DNA of 39,348 nt from Armatimonadota bacterium (lineage in GTDB: Bacteria > Armatimonadota > Fimbriimonadia > Fimbriimonadales > GBS-DC): contig PSLB01000005.1 of NCBI GenBank assembly GCA_040289385.1, positions 1 to 39,348 on the forward strand, read 5' to 3'. The stretch's first letter is position 1. Each line of letters begins with the position of its first letter. Position numbers and translations under genes: made by a program. Shown one piece after another: positions 37,685 to 39,348 of this stretch. Below the pieces are notes generated by a model. That model ran no database searches, was not told the origin of the DNA, and was given only the letters and a program-made list of their open reading frames with translations.

Positions 37685-38365
37685 TTAGCCCCCTGACCCC
37701 GCGTCAGGGGGCTGACCATAAGAACCGCACTCCGAACCAGAGGAATCGGCAATCGGGACACCCGAGAGCGGAATCTCCCCCTCTACAAAACGCCGAACTG
37801 CCTCCACATAGGTTGCGTGCTCTACGGGCAGGAGCCGTTGCGCTAAGATTTCGGGGGTGTCCCCCTCCAACACGGGTACGGTACGCTGAAGGATTATCGG
37901 ACCCGTGTCGTACTGTTCGTCGACGAAGTGGACAGTACAGCCGGTCTGGCTGGCTCCGCTTTGCAGGACAACCTCGTGCACACGCAAGCCGTACATGCCC
38001 TTCCCTCCGAATTGCGGCAGGAGCGCAGGGTGAATGTTCATAATGCGGGCGGGGTAAGCGCGTACGACGCGCGCTGGGAGCAGGCGCATATAGCCCGCCA
38101 GACAGATGAGGTCGGGCTGAACGCGCTGGAGAACCCACAACAGCGCATCGCCATAGGCTTCGTCATCGGGGAACTCGCGTGGGGACACCACCGCTGTCGG
38201 CACACCTAACTGCTCTGCTTTCTGAAGGGCGGGCGCCTCCGAACGCGTGCCAATTACCAGAACGACCCCGCTATGGGGGATGATGCCCGACTGGCACGCG
38301 CGAATAATCGCCTCCATATTGGTGCCACGCCCTTGCCCTGAAACCAGAATCACGATGCGCGCCAT
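37685..38365 (-). CDS. purN: Phosphoribosylglycinamide formyltransferase
   Basis: SGQGRGTNM, LAGYMRLL, NIHPALLPQFGG and GCTVHFVDEQYDTGPII. Confidence 0.96.
   Translation of the reverse strand: MARIVILVSGQGRGTNMEAIIRACQSGIIPHSGVVLVIGTRSEAPALQKAEQLGVPTAVVSPREFPDDEAYGDALLWVLQRVQPDLICLAGYMRLLPARVVRAYPARIMNIHPALLPQFGGKGMYGLRVHEVVLQSGASQTGCTVHFVDEQYDTGPIILQRTVPVLEGDTPEILAQRLLPVEHATYVEAVRRFVEGEIPLSGVPIADSSGSECGSYGQPPDAGSGG
37687..37713. terminator. Hairpin at the atpC/purN convergence
   Basis: AGCCCCCTGAC / GTCAGGGGGCT perfect 11-bp stem, within the purN 3' end; no U-tract. Confidence 0.5.
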
Positions 38366-38721
38366 CAGTCCACCACCCACAGAGCGACTGCTTGGGCACT
38401 GACGTCAGTGTGCGTGATGCTCACCAGCAGTTTGCCCACCGGCACGCGTCGCGCGCTCTCGCCGCGCAGATGGACCTCCGGGGCGCCGTGCGCATTAGGC
38501 AGGATAGCCACCTCTTGCCAGCGCAGAGGGCATCCCACTGCCTTCATCACGGCCTCTTTGCCTGCCCAACGCCCCGCAATATGGGGCAGGGGATCGCGCT
38601 TACGCAGGCAGTGGTCACGCTCTTCGGGGGTCAGGATACGCACCACAAACTGCGGAAAGCGTGCCCACACCCTTGCGATGCGCGCCGTCTCGACGGTGTC
38701 AATGCCCACTCCGCGTATCAC
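38365..38721 (-). CDS. acpS: Holo-[ACP] synthase
   Basis: GVGIDTVE, AGRWAGKEAVMKA and VSITHT; GTG 38721 after AGGAG. Confidence 0.93.
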   Translation of the reverse strand: MIRGVGIDTVETARIARVWARFPQFVVRILTPEERDHCLRKRDPLPHIAGRWAGKEAVMKAVGCPLRWQEVAILPNAHGAPEVHLRGESARRVPVGKLLVSITHTDVSAQAVALWVVD

Positions 38722-39061
38722 CAGCCGACTTCTCCTGAAGAGGCGGGGCTTGCCACAGAGGCGTGCCCCCTTTGCCCACAAACATCGCCTTCGGGTTACC
38801 TTCCGAGTCTAACAAAATCCACGCACGGGCGTTGCCCTCGCGATCGTACAGAAAGAGCGCCGGCTCGCCGAACGGCATTCCTAGCTCGGCGCGCACGCGC
38901 CCTTCCGAATCCATCAGACGGAACTGGCGCGCATCGACCCGCTCTGCGACCCGTGGCGCCCGCTGGCTCTCACGACGATGCGACGCCAGCACCATCCCGC
39001 TCAAAAAACCGAACAGCCCAACAATCAATACCAGACCGCCTATCTGCCAAAACCGTGCCAT
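38699..39061 (-). CDS. Hypothetical membrane-anchored protein
   Basis: N-terminal TM helix then short beta-repeats (LMDSEGRVRA, LYDREGNARA); GGAGG upstream. The start may be 39070. Confidence 0.7.
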   Translation of the reverse strand: MARFWQIGGLVLIVGLFGFLSGMVLASHRRESQRAPRVAERVDARQFRLMDSEGRVRAELGMPFGEPALFLYDREGNARAWILLDSEGNPKAMFVGKGGTPLWQAPPLQEKSAGDTRSGH

Positions 39062-39157
39062 CGATTGCATCGCCTCCAAACTGAAAGTGTACCTCAAACG
39101 CAAACGCCTCGCCCAGAACTCCGAGCGAGGTGCTTGGGAATTGTGCCTACGGGAACT

Positions 39158-39214
39158 TCAGCAGCCGCTTCCGAAGTTGAATAACACGGTCAATAGGTCG
39201 GCGTCATCCACACA
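39158..39214 (-). pseudogene. Orphan C-terminal dockerin/EF-hand-like motif remnant
   Basis: CVDDADLLTVLFNFGSGC*, with an in-frame stop 16 codons upstream and no start for a full protein. Confidence 0.55.
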
Positions 39215-39281
39215 GCAGTGTCTGCCAGCTGGAACGAGAAATTCCCCGCCTCGCGAAGTTTATAGCCCCGGTGCGAGAAAA

Positions 39282-39302
39282 CCCCGGAAATTCATTCCGG
39301 GG
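39282..39302. repeat. Palindrome with an AATGAATT core
   Basis: CCCCGGAAATTCATTCCGGGG. Confidence 0.55.
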
Positions 39303-39348
39303 ATGAGAGCGCCGGACTTCTGGCCAAAAGCGTGAACATGGTGTAAGA

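Overview
39-kb, GC-rich bacterial chromosomal window. The lineage is probably Armatimonadota (inferred from the PEP-CTERM protein, the proteasome-type ARC ATPase and a DDADLLxVLFNFGSGC C-terminal motif remnant). Content is mostly housekeeping: biotin carboxylase, family-B DNA polymerase, mqnE, xerD, wzi/capD-like genes, nusA-ylxR, arc, ftsEX, a split feoB with feoA, cstA, tRNA-Leu and tRNA-Val, a pilC/gspF homologue, folK, znuCB, rpsB-tsf-atpD-atpC, purN and acpS. The window starts inside an IS607-family element with a deleted tnpA and the 5' end of tnpB, and it holds several decayed genes and REP-like palindromes. The best novelty candidate is an unrecognised, densely base-paired RNA of about 325 nt (29662-29987). 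It sits behind a consensus TTGACA/TATAAT promoter, has mutually exclusive terminator/antiterminator-like pairings, and lies directly upstream of a GGQ-less aeRF1-like (baeRF/Balon-type) gene. Second is a tightly coupled tatA-hypothetical-PqqD/RRE-minimal permease-ABC ATPase operon with no RiPP enzymes. Other observations are an unannotated 29-aa membrane microprotein, a 7-Cys protein inside the feo operon, an ARC without HbYX, a G9 frameshift in ylxR and widespread leaderless-type promoters. All calls come from reading motifs by eye; no searches were run.
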